A stretch of DNA of 60,157 bases, filler included. It is 4 parts of 4 records of this genome, joined end to end, with 100 filler letters (N's around TTAATTAATTAA, not from the genome) between each part and the next. Parts side by side here need not be neighbours in the genome. Positions count along the whole stretch, not along the records: positions 8,402 to 20,629 come from DRR723986_95561; 3 more parts are not named here. One strand, written 5' to 3'. Made by a program: the position numbers and the translations under genes. This document shows positions 8,423-20,100 of the stretch, piece by piece. The first letter of the stretch is position 1; every line of letters starts with the position of its first letter. The notes beneath the pieces were generated by a model. The model searched no databases. It was not told where the DNA came from and was given only the letters and a program-made list of their open reading frames with translations.

Positions 8423-9192
8423 ACAAATATGAGAGAAATCTATACGGTCAAATTATTGGATTCAGGCAAAAAATTATACTATTCTGTCAATCTCCTCAAT
8501 AACATGTGGTTTTACACCGATTGCACTCAATAAATCATACAAAAAGTCTATATCACACATTTATAAATGAGTCATGCAGTAAAAAGAAATAAGAAAAATA
8601 TGTGAAACCTCATTCTCACAAAATGATGATAGCGTCAGAGACTTCAATTAGTACTCATTAGACCAAAAATAATTAACATTCCGCATTCTGATACTTAACA
8701 TCTACCCCCACATATACACGGAAGTTCTTGAAAAATTATAGATTGACTCCTAGCGACAAACTCACAATATAAATATTCATTATATTACCTAAAGATACGC
8801 AGATATGGTTTTATCAAATTTACCTAGAACAAATAATCATCCTAAATACTCCCTAGATAAAGATTCAACCAACATTACAATTCCATAATTCAAGATAATC
8901 GTTTTTTTTTATGGTATTATTGCTACCCTTTTCTCCGGATTCAACCACTTCAAGTATTCACATAGCCTGTCCGATATTCACAAAATCTAGAGATGGTTGA
9001 AGATACAGCTTATCAATTGGCAAAGCGTACTCCAATCCATTCCACCTATTATTCTCCAGATCGATAGGGTTTAGTCAAAAAAGGAATCAAGTTAAATACC
9101 CTGAATAATCAAGATCTTTCAAACAAATTTAGACACCTTACATATTGCTAGAATTAAACAAATTGGGCATATATTCTTAGCGTCTTCACATT

Positions 9193-10071
9193 CTATTGCA
9201 GTTGCTTTCTGAAGTATAGAACACTTTGCTGAATTTCTGGCACATTATTATCCCAATTATATTCATATTCCACTGATATTACTCCTTTAAAGTTCTGAGC
9301 TTTCATTTCTTTCATCACTCCTGCGATATTACTAAATCCTTTACCCCAAATGACATCATGAGCATTTTTACTATTTTTCTCATCGAGATCTTTAAAATGG
9401 AAGTGCTTAACATGCCCCTTCAATTTTTTTAATGCATCTACAGGATCAAGTCCTGAACGTACCCAATGTCCTATATCTGCACAAGCTCCTAACCTCTCAC
9501 TTCTCCCTTTAACTGCTTCTAATATAGAATCAGGATTCCAATAAGTTGAAGGTTTTGGGTGATTATGAATAGCCGCATTTATTTCATACTCATCGCATAG
9601 TGAAGATAGGATATCCAAATCTTCGTTTAGTGGCTCACACGTTATTGTTTGTATCCCCATATCTTTACAAAAATCAAACACTCTTCTCCATTCATCAATT
9701 CCATTTGCTTTTACAACGCCATAGCTTAGCATTTTAATACCACTCTTACGTAACATTTTTTTAACTTCTCTCCTTGTATCTAAATCCATATCAAAATGCA
9801 TAGTACCTTCAATTCCATCTCCTATCTGTTGACGAGTAAATGCTTCTACATACTTTAAACTACAAGTATCAATCTTAGCTAGAGTTTGTGCGAAAGTAAA
9901 GTTCTTAAACGTGTAGGCTTGTGCGCCGAGTTTCCATCCATAATTTTCTTCCACATAACCTTCTTGGACTATCGTTGCTTTCTTCGTATTAATAAAAGTA
10001 ATTGACACAAATACTAATACAAAAGAAATTAGCATAGCAAATCTAAAATTTACATGAGACATACTGAACAT
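9193..10071 (-). CDS. Sugar phosphate isomerase/epimerase family (AP endonuclease 2 TIM barrel), exported; candidate 3-ketoglycoside eliminase
   Basis: Metal-binding motifs HNH, DIGHW, HFKD, SVEYE; N-terminal hydrophobic segment. Confidence 0.85.
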   Translation of the reverse strand: MFSMSHVNFRFAMLISFVLVFVSITFINTKKATIVQEGYVEENYGWKLGAQAYTFKNFTFAQTLAKIDTCSLKYVEAFTRQQIGDGIEGTMHFDMDLDTRREVKKMLRKSGIKMLSYGVVKANGIDEWRRVFDFCKDMGIQTITCEPLNEDLDILSSLCDEYEINAAIHNHPKPSTYWNPDSILEAVKGRSERLGACADIGHWVRSGLDPVDALKKLKGHVKHFHFKDLDEKNSKNAHDVIWGKGFSNIAGVMKEMKAQNFKGVISVEYEYNWDNNVPEIQQSVLYFRKQLQ

Positions 10072-10293
10072 ATATTTATATTTTAACTAATATCTAATTA
10101 AAGAAGCACTTTTACACCTCTACATATATCCAAATCCTACTATTATATGAATAATAAACAACTTGAATCATGATTATTCTCATCATTACCTAAACTATAA
10201 TCATATGAACTTCTAGAAACTAGAATTATATAATGAATATACTATTAGCCACCTAATTCCGGCAATAAATTAAATGTAAATTATAGACCCTAA

Positions 10294-11658
10294 CTAATCG
10301 CTCAAACGATCAAATTCTACTTCGCGAGACCATTTTTCTAGCTTTATTAAGAGTTCCTTATAGATAGCATAATGTGACTTGGATAGGTCATTCGTTTCAA
10401 GGGGATCATCTTTAAGATTATAAAGTTCAGGTTTTAAAGTTGATTCATTGAGCATTATATCAAAATGCGATTGATATGGCCTTACCAATTTCCAATCCCC
10501 TTGCCTAATCGCTGCATTAAAGGAATAGTTTGGCACTCCTCTGTTCCATTGCCACATCATAGTCCGTGGTAAATTATCATTCTCATGCAAATACTTCACT
10601 ACACTTATACCATCAATTTTTTGCTCAAATGGATTTTCCAGTTTAATGAGATCAACCAGAGTAGGGAATATATCTGAGAAATGAACCAATCCATCAATCA
10701 ACATAGGTTCAATTTCACCGGGCCAATTCATGATCAAGGGTACATGGATTCCTCCTTCATCAACAATGTATTTGTTACCTTTTAAACCAAGATTAAATCG
10801 GTCACCTACTTGTGGATCAGGTCCATTATCACTTGTAAAGATGATCAGGGTGTTTTTCCTAATACCCAGCGTATCCAATTCCCTAATCAACTCACCTATG
10901 CCTTGATCCATTATTTCAATCATTGCATAAACTATTGCTGTTTCCTGCTCGTGTCCTTTCTCTAAGTAAAAATCTACCAGGTCTTGAGGCGCGCCCAGGG
11001 GTCTATGAGGTGCATAATGTGCTAATTTTAAAAAGAAGGGATCCTCTTTATGTCTCCTAACAAAATTAATTGCCCTTTCATTGAGATCCTGTGTGAGGTA
11101 TTTATCATTTACTTCAACTAAAGAATCCTGTATTATTAGATCATAATTAGTATAATCGGGAACATTAAATCCATGAAATCCCTCAAATTCAATAAAACCA
11201 CGATCTAGTGGCGTAAAACCTTCCCCAATTCCATTATGCCATTTACCTATCAAACCAGTAAAATATCCATTATAAGAAAATACATCTGCAATTGTCCGTA
11301 TGCCTTTCTTTATCCTCGTTAAATCCGGAAAAAGTTCATCATTCAAAGTGACACTGCCTGTTCTTTGGGGGTATTGGCCTGTCATTATTGCGGCCCTGGC
11401 TGGAGCACATACAGGCGAAGCTGAATAAGCTTGATCGAACCAAGCACCTTCTTTGGCCAGTTTAGCTAATGCTGGTGTATTTGTTATCCCATTATTTAAA
11501 AAAGACAAATCTCCGAGTCCCATATCATCTGCCACTATCAAAATGACATTGGGTTTCATCCGGTCATCTACTAAGCTGTTTTGACCAAATGAATAGCTAA
11601 AGCCAGTTATTATGATAATACCAAAAGCAATTGTCAATTTTTCTTTTAAATTAATCAT
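10294..11658 (-). CDS. Formylglycine-dependent (S1) sulfatase
   Basis: PNVILIVADDMG; CAPARAAIMTGQY; GKWH; FTSDNG; signal peptide. Confidence 0.95.
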   Translation of the reverse strand: MINLKEKLTIAFGIIIITGFSYSFGQNSLVDDRMKPNVILIVADDMGLGDLSFLNNGITNTPALAKLAKEGAWFDQAYSASPVCAPARAAIMTGQYPQRTGSVTLNDELFPDLTRIKKGIRTIADVFSYNGYFTGLIGKWHNGIGEGFTPLDRGFIEFEGFHGFNVPDYTNYDLIIQDSLVEVNDKYLTQDLNERAINFVRRHKEDPFFLKLAHYAPHRPLGAPQDLVDFYLEKGHEQETAIVYAMIEIMDQGIGELIRELDTLGIRKNTLIIFTSDNGPDPQVGDRFNLGLKGNKYIVDEGGIHVPLIMNWPGEIEPMLIDGLVHFSDIFPTLVDLIKLENPFEQKIDGISVVKYLHENDNLPRTMMWQWNRGVPNYSFNAAIRQGDWKLVRPYQSHFDIMLNESTLKPELYNLKDDPLETNDLSKSHYAIYKELLIKLEKWSREVEFDRLSD

Positions 11659-11803
11659 GGTCTAAAACATAAAATCAAACTTAATTTCTCTCATAGGTTA
11701 CCAATAAAATAAACTCATTCTCAACAGCGTTTAATCCCCAATCCTATTCATTATGAGGATAGAGGTAATTGGGTAAGGGCGACTTTACCTACTGGGTAAA
11801 CCT

Positions 11804-13525
11804 TTAATTTCCTTTTTTACTCTCTTTAACAGCATGGTGAACAGCACGGGCAGTAAAAGCCATATAAGTCAAAGTTGGGTTTTGAGTTGATGTGGAAGTC
11901 ATACATGCACCATCTGTTACATATACATTGGGGACCGCATGAAGTTGGTGGTTCTTATTTAGCATAGAAGTTTTTGGGTCTCTCCCCATCCTTACTCCTC
12001 CCATTTCGTGTATATCCAATCCTGGATTCTTTTTATTATCCCTCACTTTAATATTAGTAAATCCAGATCTATCAAACATATCTGCTAATTGCTCTTGATA
12101 ATCAATGATCATTTTTTCATCATTTTCATCATAGGATACATCAAATCGAATCGTAGGTAAACCATAAGGATCTAGAACTTCTCTATTTAAAGCGATGAAA
12201 TTGGATGATTTTGGAATTGTTTCTCCCATCATATGCGACCGGATATTCCAAGCACCTGTTGGTGGTAATGGATTAAGTAAACTTTCTTTCAGTTCCATTC
12301 CAACTTTCCCATTTGTATTTTTACTACTAGGTCTTGAAGCACTAAAACCAGCCGCATAACCCCTGAGAAAATCAGTTTCTTGGTTTTTTACATTTCTAAA
12401 TCTAGGGATATAACCGCTCGTAGGTCTTCCTCCAGTAGTCTTGTAATCCAACATCCCTTTAAAGCTCGCTGTTACGCCAGCTCGGTAATTGTGAAATGCA
12501 AAATATTTTCCTAATACTCCGCTATCGTTTCCCAAACCTTCAGGAAATCGGGATGAAATAGAATTCATCAAAATCATATTTGAATTTACAGCAGCAGCGT
12601 TTACGAAAATCACATCTGCATAGAACTCTTCCATTTCTTTTGTATGTGCATCAATCACTTTCACTCCTGTAGCTTTTCCCTTATCCTCATCATAGATTAT
12701 GGAATGGACAACCGAATCCGGACGAAGCGTAACATGGCCACTTTTCAGTGCCCAGGGAATGGTTGAAGAATTACTGCTAAAGTACCCTCCAAATGGACAG
12801 CCTCTTTGACACAGGTTTCTGTTTTGACAAAAAGCACGGCCCTGTGCCTTAAATTGCTCATGTGGACCATTAATATGGGCGCATCTGGCAGAAATCATAT
12901 GCCTATCACCGCCATACTCATCTTTCAATCTCTGAACAAAATGCTTTTCAACAATATTTAGATCATACCCAGGCAGAAACTCTCCATCCGGAAGGACAGC
13001 TATTCCATCCTTGTTTCCAGATACTCCTATAAATTTTTCCACATAGCTATACCAGGGAGCTATATCCTTATATCTAATTGGCCAATCCACGGCAAATCCG
13101 TCTCTAATAGGGCCTTCAAAATCATAATCGGACCAACGCTGAACCTGTCTTGCCCATAATAAGGATTTACCACCTACTTGGTAGCCTCTGATCCAATCAA
13201 AAGGTTTTTCCTGTATGTATGGTTGCTCAGCATCTTTAAGGAAAAAATGCTCAGAATCTTCCCCAAATGCATAACATTTGGAAACTATCGGGTTTTCATT
13301 AACTACCTTTTGAGGAATTTTTCCGCGATGTTTAAATTCATATGGAAGCAGATTGGTGGTAGGATAATCTTTAATATGCTCCACGTCCCTCCCTCTTTCA
13401 AGTACTAATGTTTTCACACCTAAATCACCAAACTCCTTAGCTGCCCATCCCCCACTTGCACCAGAACCTATTACGATGGCCTGATATGTTCTATTTTTTC
13501 TATTTCTAATAATAAGGTTAGCCAT
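11804..13525 (-). CDS. GMC family FAD oxidoreductase (glycoside 3-dehydrogenase-like catalytic subunit)
   Basis: GSGASGG FAD motif; GGKSLLWARQ; C-x4-C-x3-C cluster (CQNRNLCQRGC); HEMGG; QNPTLT. Confidence 0.92.
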   Translation of the reverse strand: MANLIIRNRKNRTYQAIVIGSGASGGWAAKEFGDLGVKTLVLERGRDVEHIKDYPTTNLLPYEFKHRGKIPQKVVNENPIVSKCYAFGEDSEHFFLKDAEQPYIQEKPFDWIRGYQVGGKSLLWARQVQRWSDYDFEGPIRDGFAVDWPIRYKDIAPWYSYVEKFIGVSGNKDGIAVLPDGEFLPGYDLNIVEKHFVQRLKDEYGGDRHMISARCAHINGPHEQFKAQGRAFCQNRNLCQRGCPFGGYFSSNSSTIPWALKSGHVTLRPDSVVHSIIYDEDKGKATGVKVIDAHTKEMEEFYADVIFVNAAAVNSNMILMNSISSRFPEGLGNDSGVLGKYFAFHNYRAGVTASFKGMLDYKTTGGRPTSGYIPRFRNVKNQETDFLRGYAAGFSASRPSSKNTNGKVGMELKESLLNPLPPTGAWNIRSHMMGETIPKSSNFIALNREVLDPYGLPTIRFDVSYDENDEKMIIDYQEQLADMFDRSGFTNIKVRDNKKNPGLDIHEMGGVRMGRDPKTSMLNKNHQLHAVPNVYVTDGACMTSTSTQNPTLTYMAFTARAVHHAVKESKKGN

Positions 13526-14090
13526 TAATTCTTTTTTTAGGTGTATCGGAGATTAAAACAGCCCCATTGTATGAACCGGGGATTAGTGATAGGGATAGAA
13601 CTTTATGCTGTATAAATTCAGAATTCATGAAACCTTGAATAGTAAGTTGCTTACATTGTTTAAGGAAGTATTGTACTGCTTTTTCCTGAGGGCTATTTGA
13701 TTTATTCTTAACTATATTATCTATACCATCCTGTATAAGCACTTCTTTTTGCCTTCTGGTAAGCTTCTCATAAACTTTACCTGTATGGAATTTTGAATAG
13801 GACTTAAATTCATTTAGACCTAACATAAATTGTCCTTGATCTTCCTCATTGAAGCAATCATTTACCATTAATAAAATAAAGTTGTGGACACCCAAATCAT
13901 AGGCGCCTTTTAATTTACCAGCAGGAATGATAACTTCTACAATACTGGCAAGAAGCTGTTTATGCGTTTCATTTGCATTAAGATTCTCATAGGATAGAAT
14001 TATATCATCGCTATTGGAATCACAAGCACTCAGAAGATAAACACCTCCAGTAATATATAATATCTTCCGTAAGGCCTTCCTTCTACTCAT
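13518..14090 (-). CDS. Gluconate 2-dehydrogenase subunit 3 family protein (Tat-exported lipoprotein partner of the GMC enzyme)
   Basis: MSRRKAL twin-arginine motif plus LSAC lipobox; IIP...GA...GV..FI; IPG.YNG; overlaps the GMC start. Confidence 0.85.
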   Translation of the reverse strand: MSRRKALRKILYITGGVYLLSACDSNSDDIILSYENLNANETHKQLLASIVEVIIPAGKLKGAYDLGVHNFILLMVNDCFNEEDQGQFMLGLNEFKSYSKFHTGKVYEKLTRRQKEVLIQDGIDNIVKNKSNSPQEKAVQYFLKQCKQLTIQGFMNSEFIQHKVLSLSLIPGSYNGAVLISDTPKKRING

Positions 14091-14215
14091 AAGATACAGT
14101 TTACGTATATTTTAAAAGAAATATTGACAGTTGACTATGTAAGTAAAGTTTCTAAACTCTGCGTAAAAAGAAACACAATAGCCAATAACTATTATAGGAT
14201 TGGACGGATTAAAAT

Positions 14216-15580
14216 TCAATCGGCTGCTTGCCATGGAATTTTGCCTCCTTCTTGAATGTGTTTCATAAGGATAGCATTCAACTCTTTCAGTTTGTCGGGG
14301 AATTTCTGAATTTCATTATGTTTCTCATAAGGATCTACAGAAAGATTATATAGCTCTAGTGGTTCATAAGGAGAATTTTGTAGTAATTTCCACTTTCCTT
14401 TGCGCACCGCATGGTAAGCATTCCCGCCATAAGCTATTCCTCCCTCTCTTCGGACAAAATATAGAATGCGATCTTCGGTGATTTCTTTTCCCTGCAGAAT
14501 CGGTAAAAAGCTTCTACCATTTAACGATTTTTCATGATTTAATCCCGCCGCCGCTACCATAGTTGGATATACATCCATTGTAGAATTTATGGATTCAGTA
14601 GAACTCCCTTTTTTAACTATATCAGGCCAAACCAAAACAGTGGGCACACGTAATCCACCTTCATACATGCTTTGCTTACCATCTCTTAAACTCCCATTGT
14701 TAGCCATATCAGGAAGATTCCCTCCATTATCACTAGTAAATAGAATAATAGTATTATCGTACTGGCCATTTTTTTTCAAACTTTCAATGACCTGCCCTAT
14801 GCCATAATCCATGTGTTCAATTAGTGCTACCAATTTTGCTCTCTTTTCAGGTAGTTTAGGGTGTCGTGTTAACACATCCTCCAAAAAGTCAGCAGGAGGT
14901 TGTACAGGATAATGCGGTGCATTATAAGCTAAATATAAAAAAAATGGATTATCGCTATTCTCGCGACTGTAAATATAATCTGTAGCCCATTGAGAAAATA
15001 AATCAGTTGCATGCCCTTTCGGATCTATTACTTCCTCATTCAGCCTCATATAATTTTTTCCATACCTTCTTTTCGCCACATAATCATCCATCATATCTTC
15101 GAGCCAACCTTGAAAATGATCAAAGCCTTTTTCATTAGGTAAATTTGGGCTTTCCAATCCCAAGTTCCATTTACCAATATGGGCAGTATGGTAACCTGCT
15201 TCTTTCAATTTCTTAGGTAGTAGAATAACTGTTGAATCCAAATACCCCCAATTACTATCAGGATTAGCGCGGATAAGCCCTGGAACACCTACCTGATCCG
15301 GATATCTTCCAGACAATAAAGAGGCACGTGTTGGCGCACAAACTGGCGAGTTTGCATAGAAATTATTAAATAGCATCCCTTCAGACCTTAAATAATCAAT
15401 ATTGGGCGTATTAATATCTTGAGTTCCATAAAACGAAACATCATGATAACCTTGGTCATCAGTCAGTATTACAAGAATATTGGGTTTGTTAGCTTGCTGA
15501 GCATTCAAATTTGTTAGAATCAGCAAGCTTAAGAAGAAAATAAAAACAGCATATACTTGGTAACACTTCATTTTTAACAT
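14216..15580 (-). CDS. Formylglycine-dependent (S1) sulfatase
   Basis: PNILVILTDDQG; CAPTRASLLSGRY; GKWN; YNAPH; FTSDNG; signal peptide. Confidence 0.95.
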   Translation of the reverse strand: MLKMKCYQVYAVFIFFLSLLILTNLNAQQANKPNILVILTDDQGYHDVSFYGTQDINTPNIDYLRSEGMLFNNFYANSPVCAPTRASLLSGRYPDQVGVPGLIRANPDSNWGYLDSTVILLPKKLKEAGYHTAHIGKWNLGLESPNLPNEKGFDHFQGWLEDMMDDYVAKRRYGKNYMRLNEEVIDPKGHATDLFSQWATDYIYSRENSDNPFFLYLAYNAPHYPVQPPADFLEDVLTRHPKLPEKRAKLVALIEHMDYGIGQVIESLKKNGQYDNTIILFTSDNGGNLPDMANNGSLRDGKQSMYEGGLRVPTVLVWPDIVKKGSSTESINSTMDVYPTMVAAAGLNHEKSLNGRSFLPILQGKEITEDRILYFVRREGGIAYGGNAYHAVRKGKWKLLQNSPYEPLELYNLSVDPYEKHNEIQKFPDKLKELNAILMKHIQEGGKIPWQAAD

Positions 15581-15718
15581 AATAATTAACTAAAATAAAG
15601 GCGTCAGAAACTCAAATTCGTATAAACCTCTATGCTTTATCCAAGAATTACACTAACGCCTTTTAACTAAAGAATTTATAACTCACCTCATATAGATTAA
15701 GAGCATAGGGATATGTTT

Positions 15719-17164
15719 CTAATCGAAACCTGGTGTTTGTTCTATATTAGGATTTGTTGAAAATACACTTTGGTGAACGGGCATATATAAAATATTCCCT
15801 TCTTTGTCATTTTCTCTACCAACTAGAGACGGGACTCGATTAAACACCTCACCAAACCTGATTAGATCAAACCAAGATTTAGCTTCTCCTGCAAACTCAA
15901 TAATCCGCTCATCCAGGATAAACTTTTTAAGGTCATCCTCAGAAATTGTATCGTCATAAAATGAAGTGTCATCATAAGCTCTAGCAACAACTTGATTCAA
16001 AAACCCTACTGATTCAGACACCAAACCTTTTTCGGCCAAAATTTCTGCTTTGAATAACAAGGCCTCTCCAAATCTATAAACCTGTGTATTGGAAGTGAAT
16101 GCACGAACATTTCCATTAAGTTCGCCCATAAATTTATTTGTCCATCTGAAATTGGTAGTTCCAAGTTCCATATCCTCGCTGATTACTTTTGCTCTTCGAT
16201 CATTAGCCGTTCTATTTCGATATTTATCATAAAATAAATCTGAGAATTGTAATGTATGGTTTACACCAACAGGAATGGGATTATTCTGGTACTCATTAGG
16301 AACTAAACTTCTTGATTGGCCAAATAAAGAACCATATTGATTAGAGTTTTCTATCAGGTCATGATGAATTGAGAAAATTATTTCATCGTTGTCATCATCA
16401 TTAAATACCATAGAATAATCATCCAACAAACTATAAGAAAAACTAAGAACTTCATCAATAGCATTACTCGCAATGTCCAATGCCTCATCGCCACCAGAAT
16501 TCACCTTGTATAGCCACAAGTAAATTTCAGTTTTTAACATTAAGATTGCTGCACGGGAAGCTTTAGTTTTATTAGCTGTACTATTACTAATATATAGGTT
16601 ATCAGCTTGATTTATATCCTGTTTGATAAGCTCGAAGACTTCCTCTACACTTGACCTGCTTGGATAAAGTTGAGGATGGGTATCAGAATCAATAAATTCT
16701 GTCACAAGAGGTACTTCTCCCCAAATTCGGGTTAAATTAAAATAGCTATAAGCTCGTACGAAATAGGCTTGAGCTAATAACTCATTTTTCTTGACCTCAT
16801 TGGTAAACTCAATAGCTGGTACATATTGAATAATAGAGTTAGCACTAGAAACAATTTTATAAAATGGCTGCCAATTTGCATTATTCATATTAGATGTTAA
16901 CTGGTTATCGATATAGGAACCTACTCCACCAGATTGCAGACCAGGCCCAATATTACCAGTTCTCGCTTCATACCAATACATCCAACTATGAACCGGTATA
17001 TCATTTCTTAATCGAGAATACATCCCATTTACTGCAGCTTCAGCATCTGCCTCAGTCTGCCAGAAGGAACTATTAGACACACTACTATCGGGCTGAATAT
17101 CTAGCTCTTGGCAAGACAACAATCCGAAAATAAAAGATATATATATTATATAATTACGTCTCAT
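15719..17164 (-). CDS. susD: RagB/SusD family outer-membrane lipoprotein
   Basis: LLSC lipobox; AYFVRAYSYFNL; YRFGEALLFKAE; ERIIEFAGE..WFDLIR; QTPGF. Confidence 0.93.
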   Translation of the reverse strand: MRRNYIIYISFIFGLLSCQELDIQPDSSVSNSSFWQTEADAEAAVNGMYSRLRNDIPVHSWMYWYEARTGNIGPGLQSGGVGSYIDNQLTSNMNNANWQPFYKIVSSANSIIQYVPAIEFTNEVKKNELLAQAYFVRAYSYFNLTRIWGEVPLVTEFIDSDTHPQLYPSRSSVEEVFELIKQDINQADNLYISNSTANKTKASRAAILMLKTEIYLWLYKVNSGGDEALDIASNAIDEVLSFSYSLLDDYSMVFNDDDNDEIIFSIHHDLIENSNQYGSLFGQSRSLVPNEYQNNPIPVGVNHTLQFSDLFYDKYRNRTANDRRAKVISEDMELGTTNFRWTNKFMGELNGNVRAFTSNTQVYRFGEALLFKAEILAEKGLVSESVGFLNQVVARAYDDTSFYDDTISEDDLKKFILDERIIEFAGEAKSWFDLIRFGEVFNRVPSLVGRENDKEGNILYMPVHQSVFSTNPNIEQTPGFD

Positions 17165-17189
17165 TATTAATTAATTTATTTAATGAATT

Positions 17190-20100
17190 TTAAAAACCAA
17201 GATTTAAACCCAGAGATATAATGCGTGGATTAGGGTAATTCTGATCTCCAGAATTTCTATTAGACCCACTATATTCAGTTATATAACCAGGATACTCAGT
17301 GAAATAATGAAGATTAAGTCCACTTGCATAAACTTGTAGATTTGAAAGATTCAGTTTTTCAAGCACTTTACTGTTAAAAGAATAGGAAAATTTGGCCTCA
17401 CGGATAGCTAAGTAATCTCCACTATATACATTTAGTGTAGAAGTACGGTAGTAATTCCATTGCCCAGTATTACTTCCATCTTGTACATCGAAACGAGGAA
17501 TATTAGTTTTTGAGGCATCCCCTTCAGCCTGCCAAGCATTTAAAACATCTGTTGTCGGTGTGATATACCCACTTTCACCATAGGCATTTAATAAACTTAT
17601 TTGTCTATCATAAATAGAATGTCCTAAGGCAAAATCTGTTAATACATATAATTCAAAGCCTTTGTACGAGACCTTGGTATGCATTCCCCCCGTGGTTGTA
17701 GGCACCACATATCCTAAAATTTGAGTATCGTTATTGGTAATCTGTCCATCTCCATTTAAATCTACCCATTCATAGTCTCCTGGAAACTTTTTACCGGTCG
17801 TCGCCTTTCCTGTTGCAGGGTCCCAACCAGCTGCTCTAAAATCATACATAGCATTTGCGGCCTGATCCTCATTATCAATAATGAAATCCGGCAAATAGCC
17901 AATCACTCCGAACATGCGTTCGCCTTCTGCTACTCCTCCTACACCTGTTCCATCAGTAAAACGTATCCCGCCAATTCTATTTTTATCGAATCCATTTACA
18001 GGAAGCCTTAATACTTTATTCATATTATAGCTCATATTAACTCCTAGTTCAAGGCTAAAATCAGCCTTCTCTACCAATAGTGCATTAACCCCTATTTCAA
18101 AGCCATAATATTTCACTTCACCAATATTGGATTCTATACTGCCAAATCCACTGGTGTTAGGTAATGGCTTACTAAATAGGAGGTTTTTCGTCTTCTTATC
18201 ATAATAATCCATAATAAGTGAGAGCCGATCTTGAAATAGACCGATTTCTAATCCAAGATCCATTTGGAGAGATTTTTCCCAAGACAAAGCTTCGTTTGGA
18301 ATAGAAGACGGAGTAGAAGCTGCCTCCCCATTGTAAACACCAGATATAGACCAAACTCCCTGGTAATCAAACCTTCCTACGGAATTATTGCCTGTTAATC
18401 CATAACTGCCTCTAAATTTCAGGAAACTCAACCAAGAAACGTCGCTCAAAAAGTCCTCTTCGCTTAATATATACCCAAGGGAAGCACCTGGAAAAAACCC
18501 TACCTGATTTGATTTTGAAAACTTGGAAGATCCATCAGCTCTAAAAGTCCCAGAAAACAAAAATTTCGATTTATAATTATAAGAGACTCTTCCAAATGCA
18601 CTAAGAAGCTTCTCTCTGGCACGTGTAGAACTATTACCTAAATATTCTGATGAAGCATTTAGCGTAATAATATTATCGCTACTTCCGCCTTGCGATTTTG
18701 CGTTATAATCATATAAATTATAGCCTAAAGAGGACACTCCCAAAAGAACTCCAATTTTATGATCCTCATTTAATTGCTTATTGTAATTTAAAGTAGCCTC
18801 ATAAAGTGATGTCTGATCAAAGTCTCCATAATACTCGGCAGGCCTGTTGGAATTGTAACTATTAGATCGTTGAAAATATTCTCTATGGGACACTCTTGGG
18901 TTATAATTAGCATCAATTTTTCCAACAAGTCCTTCAATTATATCCCACTCCAGACCAATTCTCCCCATAAACTGCATTGTATTTGTTTTGTATACAGTAT
19001 TCTCCAAGGTGTGCAAAGGGTTGTTAAATCGTTCATCCCGGCCACCAGGTGTACTCCCATCGGGCATAACACTTCTAAGTGTAGGAGCCAAGTGAACACT
19101 TCTGGAGAAAAGGTTTGCCTGATTATTAATAGCGTTGGAGAAGCTTCTTGTAAACCCAAGGTTTGTATTCAGATGTAGTTTATTGGATATGGCAACCGTT
19201 GTATTCGCCCTTAAGGTCAAATTTTGCCAAGTGCTGTTGGGAACAAAACTATCATCTGAAGTATAATTTAAACTGGTCATATACTTCATCCGGTCATTCC
19301 CTCCCGAAGCACTTAAATAAGCATTGAGTACATTGCCTCCTGTAAATAAATTATCTTCCACATCTGTATCTTCAAAAATCAAAGTTTTACTAGGGTCCAG
19401 AGGATCTGGCATCGATTTCCATCCTACTGGAACTGTTTCTCCAGGATTTAAGTACTGCGTGCTAAAATTGCTATTATCAGTATTTCCTGTTCCTGCCGGA
19501 TGTGCTAAGGTCAACCAAGAACTGAAGTTACTTCTCGCAAGAGCGGGACGTACCACTGACAAAAACTGCTCACCATTTAACCTATCAATTGTTCTACCTG
19601 CCTGTTGATATCCATAAGATACATTTGAAGTAAAGCTTGTTTTATTAGCCTTACCTTTTTTTGTTGTCACTAAAACAATCCCATTTGAAGCCCTTGCACC
19701 ATAAATTGCTGTTGAAGCGGCATCTTTTAAAATTTCTATGGATTCTACATCCTGAGGAGCTACATTATCCAAGGATCCAGGCATTCCATCAATAATAATT
19801 AAAGGGCTGTTACTTTTATTGATAGAAGACCCACCTCTTATTGTAATAGACGACTGGGCACCTGGAGCACCTGAAGTATTAAAAATCCTAACACCAGTTG
19901 CTTTTCCTTTTAATGCACCGGAAATTGTATTATTTACTACTTCATTTAGATCATCAGCTTTTACCTGCGCTATGGCACTGGTAAGATTTTTCTTAGTTTC
20001 AGTTCCATACCCAATTACCACCACTTCATCCAGGTTATTAACATCTTCAGAGAGGGTAATTTCTACTTTTGACCGGGAACCAACTACAACTTCTTGAGTA

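Noticed and set aside
8423-9192. 770-bp ORF-free stretch with a short possible coding remnant (minus strand, about 8910-9065)
   Set aside because: Could not assign it to any family; no recognisable transposase, integrase, rep gene or iterons
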